From a virus (taxonomy: Duplodnaviria > Caudoviricetes), in IMG/VR virus record IMGVR_UViG_3300003375_000111, positions 1-27,540 of that record: a stretch of DNA of 27,540 nucleotides; one strand, given 5' to 3'. The notes below the pieces were generated by a model. That model was not told the origin of the DNA. It ran no database searches and saw nothing but the letters and a program-made list of their open reading frames with translations. Of the stretch, positions 14,684-23,100 are shown piece after piece; position 1 is the first letter of the stretch, and every line of letters begins with the position of its first letter. Both the position numbers and the translations under genes were made by a program.

Positions 14684-15010
14684 CTACCGGGGAAATTCCG
14701 GTAGATCGACGGTCTGGCCGGCCAGCTCGTGCGCGCTGTCAGCCAGGAACTGGATGCGGCCGTCGGTCACAAAGCTGTGGCAGACCTCTGGCGGGTCGCC
14801 AGGCTCCGAGACGAATGACGGATCAACGGCGCGGCCGGTTCTCACCAGCACGCTTGGGCTGAACGTCGGCTTGTCGACGCTGCCGTTCCAGGTCCAGCGC
14901 GGGCCGTTGCCAGCCCCGTGCTGGATACGGTGAGCCTCTTTGCAACCAGGGCACCAAAACACCAGGCCGTTACCTTCGGTGTCTCGCAAGATCGGGGAAA
15001 GCGCGCTCAT
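14684..15010 (-). CDS. DUF6527-like putative metal-binding protein
   Basis: FWCPGC...H, WTWNG..DKPTFSPSVL, CHSFVTDGRIQFL.DS.H.LAGQTVDLP. Confidence 0.8.
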   Translation of the reverse strand: MSALSPILRDTEGNGLVFWCPGCKEAHRIQHGAGNGPRWTWNGSVDKPTFSPSVLVRTGRAVDPSFVSEPGDPPEVCHSFVTDGRIQFLADSAHELAGQTVDLPEFPR

Positions 15011-15471
15011 GCGGATGTCGTGTCAAACTGGGCGAGCTGGTGCGCGTTGATCATCTCGGCGATCTTTTGCGCATAGGCTGGATCAGTGGCATAACCAGCG
15101 GCGGCGACCGCCTTGGCAAAGCCGATGCCATCCTTGAACTGGAACGCCGGCTTGTAGCGTGGGTTCGTCAGCAGGAACGCTGCGTGATCGGTGATGCAGC
15201 TGAGCCAGTCGGGATACTGGCGCCAGCGCGCCGGAACGACCACCCATTGACCGTTCAGGTACTCGCGCGTGTTCATGGTCAGCACTGGGCCGTGCCAGCT
15301 CGCGTCGGCCTTCACGCCAAACAGGTTCTTGGCCTGGGCAACGAGCTGCGAGCCGCCCCAGCCGGACTCAAGTGCGCCCTCGGCGATCACGAATGACGCC
15401 GGGATAGCCGTGGTCTTCATGGATTGAACGGCCGCTTGGCTGATCGCGGCGATGAATTGCTGCGGGGTCAT
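15007..15471 (-). CDS. Endolysin, glycoside hydrolase family 73 (glucosaminidase/FlgJ-like)
   Basis: ALESGWG, NLFGVKA, TREY, NPRY, GYATDPAY. Confidence 0.92.
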   Translation of the reverse strand: MTPQQFIAAISQAAVQSMKTTAIPASFVIAEGALESGWGGSQLVAQAKNLFGVKADASWHGPVLTMNTREYLNGQWVVVPARWRQYPDWLSCITDHAAFLLTNPRYKPAFQFKDGIGFAKAVAAAGYATDPAYAQKIAEMINAHQLAQFDTTSA

Positions 15472-15812
15472 GACGATGTCCTTTCGTTACGCATTACCGC
15501 TTCCATGAGCTTGTCCAGCTTGGCGCTTAAAGCCGCCAAGCCTTCTTTGATGCTTTGGTCCATGACCCTGAACTTGTCGTCCAGCTCGGATTTCTTGTAG
15601 TGGCCTTCTGCGATCTGGAGGCGCAGGGCCTGCAACTCCGCTACGTCTTTGTCATGCTTCTCGAACAGCAAAGTGTTCTGCTTTTGAAGTTCTTCAATTG
15701 CGCGTTGCTGGGCTTCGTCCTTTTGCCGCAACAGCCACCAGATGATCGTGAATACTCCCGACATCAGTGGAACGGCGACGGCTATCGCGACTTCGATTTG
15801 CTGGTAATCCAT
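15468..15812 (-). CDS. Single-TM coiled-coil protein, holin/antiholin candidate
   Basis: N-terminal TM helix then charged coiled coil; ATGA-coupled to endolysin; start could be 15821. Confidence 0.65.
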   Translation of the reverse strand: MDYQQIEVAIAVAVPLMSGVFTIIWWLLRQKDEAQQRAIEELQKQNTLLFEKHDKDVAELQALRLQIAEGHYKKSELDDKFRVMDQSIKEGLAALSAKLDKLMEAVMRNERTSS

Positions 15813-15826
15813 GCGTGCCATCCCTC

Positions 15827-16672
15827 TCAAAACCAGCCGAAAGCCATGCCCCAAACCTGAAAGGTCCAGGACGTGCCGGGCGTGTCCGCAAAGACGATGC
15901 CGATGGTGGTTCCGGTCGCCTCCTGGATGATCGGCAAACTGGGGCTATTGGCATTGCTTTCATAGCCCTGGCTTAGCATGGCTCCGGTCGTTGCGTCCCG
16001 CAGCCACCAGGCGAACCCGTCTGCAGCCGCTTGCATCGTGAGCGTGTACGGGTGGTGCTCCAACAGCGGGGGGCTGCAATCGTGGCCGCCCCAGGTCACA
16101 TTCCCGGCTGTCGCGTCATCGAGTGCCCACCAGGTCTCCGGTGCGCCAGCCGTTGGGCCAGGGCAGGGCGCCGAATTGGCGAACCCAGACAGATTGCCGA
16201 CCGTGTACCCGGCGCCACCGATGTTGTATGACCCCGTGCTGACGCCGCGCATCAAGAAGGCGACGTGGGCATTGGGATTCGTGGCAAACAGCCCAGGCAC
16301 CGGGCTTCCGTGAATGTCCACCGAACCGCTCTGGAAGGTCCAGGTCCCCCACATCGTCTTGGCACCCGCGGGTCTAGGCGTAGACCAGACGGGGAACAGG
16401 TACCCGCCTCCAGTCGAATAGCCCTGCCATGCAGGGATGCTCTGGCAGCCGTAGGAATAGCAGACCTGCTCGGTTGCCTTAAAGGTCCCATCGCCTTGGC
16501 TCACGCGCTGGAATGTGACCTGCGTGGGGTTTTCCGTCACGAGCGTTTCGATGAGCGGGGGCGGCGGCGTGCCACCAACGACGAACTGCGCATGGCAGGT
16601 CGTCGCCAGCAGCATCAGCACAAAAAGCACGGACGAAAAAAAGCCGCCCGAAGGCGGTTGGAATTTGCGCAT
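15827..16672 (-). CDS. Hypothetical exported beta-rich protein
   Basis: Signal-peptide-like N-terminus ending CHA-Q; Trp/Gly/Thr-rich; AAGGA RBS. Confidence 0.7.
   Translation of the reverse strand: MRKFQPPSGGFFSSVLFVLMLLATTCHAQFVVGGTPPPPLIETLVTENPTQVTFQRVSQGDGTFKATEQVCYSYGCQSIPAWQGYSTGGGYLFPVWSTPRPAGAKTMWGTWTFQSGSVDIHGSPVPGLFATNPNAHVAFLMRGVSTGSYNIGGAGYTVGNLSGFANSAPCPGPTAGAPETWWALDDATAGNVTWGGHDCSPPLLEHHPYTLTMQAAADGFAWWLRDATTGAMLSQGYESNANSPSLPIIQEATGTTIGIVFADTPGTSWTFQVWGMAFGWF
16636..16659 (-). terminator. UUCG-loop terminator-like hairpin within 5' end of CDS
   Basis: ACCGCC-TTCG-GGCGGC plus T7. Confidence 0.65.
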
Positions 16673-16681
16673 GATGTTTCC

Positions 16682-17419
16682 TTACCAGTTGATTGCCAGG
16701 GCGGCGGTGGTCGTGGTCGTGGCGGCGATCTGGGCCAGCAAGGCGATGCGCTTGCCAACGATGGCACCGGATGCGGCTTGGTAGGCCGCTGCTTTTGCGA
16801 TGACACCAGCCGCCAGGGCTGCAACCGTCTGGCCGCTTGCCGTGGCGATAGCCGACAGCATCGGAGTCGATGCGGTAGAGCTTGCGGTGTAGGCTTGGGC
16901 TTCAGCGTACTGCTGCGGCCACGTTGCCACTTCAAGGTCCGGGTATCCAGCGACAACCGCCTGAAGCGCGGCTTGGGCGGCGTTCACGATGGCTTCGGAC
17001 TGACCTGCTTGCACTTGGGCCAGCGTGGGCACGGGCGGCACCATCCAGGCCAGAGCCGGGGCAACAGCGGGCGCTGCGGCAGCGGCGGCGATCTGGCTGT
17101 CCAGGTTCGCTTCCACTGCAGCCACGCCAGCGGTGCCCATGGCAGTCTGGACCCATCCGACGACATCGGACAGAGCCAAGCCCACACCAGCGGCGGGCGC
17201 GGTGTACGGCGTCACCAGGGTGGCATAGACGCTCGCGTTGTGCGTGCCGTCGGTGCCGTTGCAGCGCCAATGGACGTTGCATGCGGTCTGCGTCGTGGTC
17301 GCGCCGGGCGTCGTGGTGGTCGTGCCGTCTTCGTTGTGCGTGACCGTGGCCGGTGCCGTGTTGGTCTGGGTGTAGGGCGCGTCAACGGCGTCGATCTGCC
17401 AAGAGTAGGTATTGGGCAT
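16682..17419 (-). CDS. Putative tail fibre assembly protein (two-domain)
   Basis: N-terminal YSWQI...VHWRC domain and C-terminal YP..EVATWPQQ..EA.AY...PML..IA motif seen in fibre-associated chaperones. Confidence 0.7.
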   Translation of the reverse strand: MPNTYSWQIDAVDAPYTQTNTAPATVTHNEDGTTTTTPGATTTQTACNVHWRCNGTDGTHNASVYATLVTPYTAPAAGVGLALSDVVGWVQTAMGTAGVAAVEANLDSQIAAAAAAPAVAPALAWMVPPVPTLAQVQAGQSEAIVNAAQAALQAVVAGYPDLEVATWPQQYAEAQAYTASSTASTPMLSAIATASGQTVAALAAGVIAKAAAYQAASGAIVGKRIALLAQIAATTTTTAALAINW

Positions 17420-17430
17420 TTTGGTTTTCC

Positions 17431-17814
17431 TTAGAACGGGATTTGCAGACCCAACATCGCGTTGTGGTGGACGACCCACCCTTCAAACACGATGCCGGAG
17501 AGTTGGAAGCGGCGACGCCACGGCGACGGCAGAACGTAGGAAATGCCAGCGTCCAGCAGGCCAATCGAAATGAAGTGGTTGCGGATCGCAATGGCGCTGG
17601 GATGCGGCCCCAGGATCGGGTTCAGCTCATGCAGATCGGGGTAGAGGTAAATCTGCCGCGTCTGGCGGTAGTCCATGTACAACATCGCGGTCTGCGCGGC
17701 TTGGAAGGCCGAGTCTTCATCGGTCCAGTCGTCATGCGGGCCGAACAGAGTTGTAATGCCCGCGTTTGCGGTCAGGGCGATGAACAGGATCAGGGATGCG
17801 AATAGGCGTTTCAT
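17431..17814 (-). CDS. Hypothetical exported/membrane protein
   Basis: Signal peptide (ANA), ELNPILG motif, C-terminal Phe; ATGA-coupled to fibre gene. Confidence 0.7.
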   Translation of the reverse strand: MKRLFASLILFIALTANAGITTLFGPHDDWTDEDSAFQAAQTAMLYMDYRQTRQIYLYPDLHELNPILGPHPSAIAIRNHFISIGLLDAGISYVLPSPWRRRFQLSGIVFEGWVVHHNAMLGLQIPF

Positions 17815-19427
17815 GCTTTGGACTCCAGTGCTGCGAGGCGTTGGGAAAGTTGCTCAATCAGTCGGGCCTGCATCTGGCAGGTGACGATGAGGTCGGGGAC
17901 GTACTTCGAGTAATCGACTTGCCAGGGGTCTTCGACTAGCGGGCCGTCATCGCCCACTTTCACAGCGGCAGGGTTGACCGTTACGGCCTCCTGCGCGAAC
18001 ACGCCGCGAGCACGGGTGCCATCAGACGTCCATGCGTAGTCATGGATCACTGTGTTGGCGATCACGTCAGTGGTCGTGACCATGCCCAGGTCAGTCTTCA
18101 GGCGCTGGTCGGACGTGGTGTTGTAGAGAACAGCGGTTGTGCCGGACTGGGTAATCGAACCAATGGCTGTTGCGTTGTAGGCGTAGGCCGCATAAACAGC
18201 GCCCGATGCAGTGCCGCTCAGGTGATTGGCAATGATGTACCCGGACGGACCATTGATACTCAGTGAATTGGCATTCGCGTAACCGGCACTCGTCTGCCCC
18301 ACCATCAAATTCCCACTGTTGTCCAGCGTCATGGCCTGAGTGAAGCTGATGGTGTTGCCTGCGGTGCCAGAGGGGGCGATGGACCACTGGTGCGCGCCGC
18401 TTGAAAGCCCGTATGCCGATGCCGCGCCAGTGTTTTTGTATAGCGACCCAGACGAGGTATTCGCCGCGTTGCCCAACAACAAAAAGTTTCCTGCTGCTGT
18501 TGACTGGATGCCGCCATAAGAGCCAACATCTATGCCAGTCGAGCCGGTAGCCCACGCGCTAGGCGTTACCCCAAGACCGAGGTTGCCGGATGAGTTGAGG
18601 GTTGCCCGAACCGTGTTGTTGGTAATGAGTTGGAGCGGGGTTGCCGTGTCGGAGCCGACAACAGTTGCATACGCAGTGGTGCCAGAAGCAATGGTTGACG
18701 CTGTAGAACCTTCTACAGCGAACAGCGCAAGGCCCGAGGTGTTCTGCAGGGCGGTATACAGGTATCCGGTGGTTGCATTCGATGCACCAAATACCGGACC
18801 GCTGGTCGCGGTGCTAGAAATTTTCCCGCTTGCGCTCAACGTGCCAGTGATAGCCACGTTGCCGCTGGCATTGATAGCCGCCGCCGTAGTCGTCCCCGTG
18901 AACGTAGGCGTTGCAATCGTCGGGCTGGTGAGGGTCAGACCGGCGATGGTTGCTACGGTAGCGCCCAGCGTGGCAACGGTTGACCCGATGGTGAAACTCG
19001 AATTCACCAGACTGGCATTCGGGATGCCATTCATGAACGCGATCAGCGGCGTCACGTTGGCAGTCACGCCCGTGGCCGGGTTCGTCAATGGCACGGTGCC
19101 GCTGGTCTGCGTTTCCCAGGTGTACAACTGGCTGACCGTGGTCAGATACTTGCTTTGCAGCGCCGCCAGATTGCTCGCCAGCGCGGACGGCAGCAGGCCG
19201 GTATGGATGATCGAATAGGCTTGGCTGCTGGCCGTGGTGCCCAGGTAGTTGCTCGCCAGCGTGAGCTGGGTATCCGCCTGGATCGACAGCACCTGGTACA
19301 GCGCGGTGCCGATCAGCAGCGTGTCGCCGGGGCTGGTGATGCCGTCAGAGGCCCAGGTGGTGCCAGAGCCATAGACGACGGCGCTGCCGTTCGTCAGGCT
19401 GATGGTGCCCGAAGTTGTCCATGCCAT
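17811..19427 (-). CDS. Tail fibre with C-terminal Peptidase_S74 intramolecular chaperone
   Basis: N-terminal GTISLTNGS..V.GSGT.W anchor; SGNLGLG/SGNLMVG fibre repeats; TSDQRLK...GVFAQE...VDYSKYVP plus coiled-coil end. Confidence 0.9.
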   Translation of the reverse strand: MAWTTSGTISLTNGSAVVYGSGTTWASDGITSPGDTLLIGTALYQVLSIQADTQLTLASNYLGTTASSQAYSIIHTGLLPSALASNLAALQSKYLTTVSQLYTWETQTSGTVPLTNPATGVTANVTPLIAFMNGIPNASLVNSSFTIGSTVATLGATVATIAGLTLTSPTIATPTFTGTTTAAAINASGNVAITGTLSASGKISSTATSGPVFGASNATTGYLYTALQNTSGLALFAVEGSTASTIASGTTAYATVVGSDTATPLQLITNNTVRATLNSSGNLGLGVTPSAWATGSTGIDVGSYGGIQSTAAGNFLLLGNAANTSSGSLYKNTGAASAYGLSSGAHQWSIAPSGTAGNTISFTQAMTLDNSGNLMVGQTSAGYANANSLSINGPSGYIIANHLSGTASGAVYAAYAYNATAIGSITQSGTTAVLYNTTSDQRLKTDLGMVTTTDVIANTVIHDYAWTSDGTRARGVFAQEAVTVNPAAVKVGDDGPLVEDPWQVDYSKYVPDLIVTCQMQARLIEQLSQRLAALESKA

Positions 19428-19446
19428 GAGTTTTTCCTTAGAAACG

Positions 19447-19468
19447 AAAAAGCCGCCCGAAGGCGGCT
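19447..19468 (-). terminator. UUCG-loop terminator-like hairpin
   Basis: AGCCGCC-TTCG-GGCGGCT plus T-run. Confidence 0.7.
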
Positions 19469-19489
19469 GGTTTTGCGAGGCGTTGCGAT

Positions 19490-20119
19490 CTATGCGATTG
19501 CGGGAATCACCACCTTTGCCACGTCGGCAGCGGTGGTTGCAGCCCTGATCTGGGCTTTAAGGTTCTGGGCTTGCACGAAGGCGCTTTGCCCTTGCGACAA
19601 CATGACGGCGTACAAGCCCTTCAAGTCGGCCAGCGTGAACGGCACCTGGGTGTTGTCTTGCGCCACCCAGTAGAAGCCGGATGGCGTGGAGCCGGCCAGA
19701 CCGTAGCCAGTGGTGGCGATCAGCAAGTTGTTCTGGCTGGTCGAGTCGGCCTGGTAGGTTTGTGCAACACCAGCGGCACTCGTGAATGCCACCGGCCGCA
19801 CAATGGCCGCCGCGTACCAAGTCCCTACCGCCGCCAGCGCCTGAGACTGGGCCGTCGCCAGCGCAATGGTCCAGGCCTTGGCGGTGTAGTCGAAGCTGTA
19901 ACCCGGGCCGGGCGGCGCGCCGGTGCTGACAAAAGCGCCGCCGGAGACATAGAAGCCGCCCGCGTCTGGCAGGACACCGGGGACGGGCGCGGGGAAGGGC
20001 GGCGATCCAGCGATGACCGACTGGCCGGCCTGCGCCTGCGCCTCGGCGTCCGCGTCATGGCAACTGACGACGTGCAGGACCTGGCCGGTGGCTGTGCTGT
20101 AAACCGTATAAATGGGCAC
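19490..20119 (-). CDS. DUF4376-like tail-associated protein
   Basis: YQAD..SQ.NL, W..QDN..VPFT..DL, LKAQI.AA motifs; GGAG RBS before GTG. Confidence 0.75.
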   Translation of the reverse strand: MPIYTVYSTATGQVLHVVSCHDADAEAQAQAGQSVIAGSPPFPAPVPGVLPDAGGFYVSGGAFVSTGAPPGPGYSFDYTAKAWTIALATAQSQALAAVGTWYAAAIVRPVAFTSAAGVAQTYQADSTSQNNLLIATTGYGLAGSTPSGFYWVAQDNTQVPFTLADLKGLYAVMLSQGQSAFVQAQNLKAQIRAATTAADVAKVVIPAIA

Positions 20120-20122
20120 CTG

Positions 20123-23100
20123 TTATCTCCTGGTTTCGATCAGCGTCATCGCCGAGTAGTAGGCATTGGCCGAGCCCGAGGTGATGTAGTACTGCAGCGT
20201 GTACCAGGTGGGCCCAGAGTAGGAGTCCTGGAACGTGGCCGAGTAAGGCGTCGTCCAGGCGCCGGACGCAGAAAACGTGCCCCAGAACACAGTCGCCCCG
20301 TCTGCCGATCGAACAACCTGCACCGCCACTGTGTGGGCATCGCCATAGAAGCTGCTGCCGTTGTTCTGGTGCGTGTAGCTGATGATGCCGGTCATGGGCA
20401 CCGCCCCGCCAGCACCGTTGGAGCGGTTGACATAGGCGGCGATCAGGTTGGTGTTGTACCCGGCGCCGGTATAGACCGCGCCTGAGTAGTAGGCGCCCAC
20501 TGGCACCGTGACCGAGTTGCCCGCAATGGTCAGCGTCCCGACAGATGCGCTCGCCAGCACACCACTGGCCGCCGTGATCGTTTCCGTCGACATCTGGGCG
20601 GCGGTAATAGAGCCGGACGCGATGACCGCATTGCCGACTATGGATCCGTTGACGATCAGCGCGCCGTTGATGCCGACGGCGGTCACGCCGCCCACATCGC
20701 CAACGATAAACACCTGCTGCGGCGTCGCGCCGGCGCTAGGCTGCGCCACCAGGAAGTTGTCAGCGAGAACAATGAACGAGCTGGAGCCGCCGCCCGCCGC
20801 CAGCTCGATGCCGGATACGTAGCCCCCGGCCTGCACTTGTATCGTGTAGTTCGCTGCCAGGCCGGCAACGGTGTCCGCTGTCGTTGTCGCTTGGGTCTGA
20901 ACGGTCGCCAGTGAGCTGCTCAGGCCAGATACCGTGCTGTTGGTCGATGACAGGGACGACTGGAGCGACGTGATTGCTGAGGCATTCGCGTTGGTCGCGG
21001 TCGTCGTCGTCGTGCTGACCGACTGAATCTGGGAAGTCAGCGTGTTGTTGTTCGCCGTTACCGTGGCCGAAAGCTGGCTGATAGACGTCGATAGGGCCGA
21101 GTCGGCACTGGACCGCGTGCTGGCCTCGGTTGCCAAATTGGCGGCAGCGGTCGAGGCGTTGGTCGTGACGGTGGACGACAGGGTTGCGATCTCCGCAGAG
21201 AGTGCAGTATCAGCAGTGGCGCGGGTGGATGCCTCCGTCGCCAGGTTCGCGGCAATCGTTGATGCGTTGGTCGTGACCGTCCCAGAGAGGTTCGAAATTT
21301 GGGCCGAAAGTGCACTGTCAGCCGCCGCGCGGGTGCTCACCTCGGTTGCCAGACCGGCCGTGTTGGTGCTGTTATTTGCCGTGACCGTCGCAGTAAGCGA
21401 ACTGATTTCGCTGGACAGCGCTGAGTCCGCATTTGCCCTGGTGGTCGCTTCAGACGCTAGGCTGGCGCTCTGCGCCGTGTTGTTTGCCGTGACGGTGGAT
21501 GTCAGGGTCGTGAGCTGGTCAGACAGGGCGGTGTCAGCGCTGGCCCGCGTGGTTGCCTCAGTAGCCAGGGCCGCCGCGTTGGTGGTGGCGTTGCTCGTTA
21601 CGGTCGACGTGAGGCTGGTTATCTCATTGCTGAGCGCGGTGTCAGCGCCGGCTCGGGTGCTGGACTCTGTGGCGAGGCTGGCCGTCTGCGATGTGTTGTT
21701 CGACGTGACCGTCGCAGTCAAATTGGTGATCAGCGTTGAGAGCGCGCTATCAGCGGATGCTCTGGTGCTGGCCTCCGTTGCCAGGTTTGCTGCATCGGTA
21801 CTGGAATTGCTGGTGACTGTCGCCGAAAGGGTGGTTATTTGGTTGGAGAGCGCAGTGTCTGCATTGGCCCGCGTGGTTGCTTCGGTCGAAAGTGCTGCGC
21901 TCTGTGCGCTGTTGTTCGCGGTGACGGTGGCTGTGAGCTGACTGACCAGCGTCGATACCGCGGTCGTGGCGGCAGCGCTTGTGCTGGCTTGGGTCGCCAG
22001 ATTGGCGGCAGCCGTGGCCGCATTGGTCGTGACGGTGGCCGTCAGCGATGTGATTTGCTCAGAAAGCGATGTGTCGGCGTTGGCGCGGGTGATGGCCTCG
22101 GCCGCCAGCCCTGCCGAGTTCGTGCCAACGTTCGAAAACAGCGTCGTGATTTGAGATGCCTGCGCGCTGATCGCGTTGGCGTTGGCGGTGATCTGGGTAT
22201 TCGCCGCTGCGACGTTGGCCGCATTGACCAGCGCCGACAGATTGGCCGCGTCGGCAGTCAGAGCCCCTTGCAGGGCCGCCGTGGCAAGCGCCTGGGCTGC
22301 ATTGGCGGCCTCCACCGTCAGCGCACCGGTGGCGTTGGCAACAGACGAGTCGACATAAACCTGTGTCGCGCTCAAGTTCACGGCATTGGAAAGTTGCGTG
22401 ATCTGTGATTGGGCCGACGACAGGCTCCCCTGCATGGTCGTGACGTTTGCCACCGTCGAGGTGATGGTTCCCTGGATGGCGTTGTATTCAGTGGTCAGCT
22501 GATTGATCGCCTGCTCAACGTCGGTTGTGACGTTTGCCGTAGCGACCAAGCTGATGGCTCCAGTGGTCGGGTCCACCGAAATCGTCGCGTTGTTCACCAC
22601 GCCCTGGAAAAGCGCTTGACTCGCCAGGCTATCTGTCAGCAGCGACTTGGCGAGGTCTGCCCTGGCCAACCCTTGGACGCTTCCCTGAATTGCCGGTATC
22701 TGGTCGACGGTCGTCTGGATGGCCGGAATCTGGTCGACCGCTATCTGAATGGCGGGGATCTGTCCTATCGGCGTGGCAAGCGCAGAGGCAAGTTGAGCGA
22801 GACCGACTGCGCCTTCGAGTTGAGTGAGTAGGGTGCTTGAGTCGGCGCTTGGAGCGCCCTGGACGCCGGCCGTCGCGGAAGTCGGGAAGAACGCGCCGTG
22901 GTCTGCGGCCATGTCGACAACGCGCGCCCAGTAGAACCAGCTCACGCCAGGTTGCAGGCCGTTATGCTGCCAGGTGTTGTTCGGCCATGGTACGGTCGTC
23001 AGGAGTACTGCGGAGCTTCTGGAGTCCGATTGGGAGCCCCAGATTTCTACATACTCAATGTCCGTGCGCGTCGTTGTGACCTGCCAGGACAGGTCAATCA

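Noticed and set aside
15468-15812. i-spanin (Rz) call
   Set aside because: TM + coiled coil fits, but it lies upstream of the endolysin and I saw no embedded or adjacent lipoprotein ORF; left as holin/antiholin candidate
16265-17434. 389-aa + strand ORF
   Set aside because: Arg/Gly-rich antisense shadow of two late genes
21029-22108. DGR TR/VR pair or invertible cassette in tail genes
   Set aside because: Repeats diverge at all bases rather than adenines only; no RT or invertase seen
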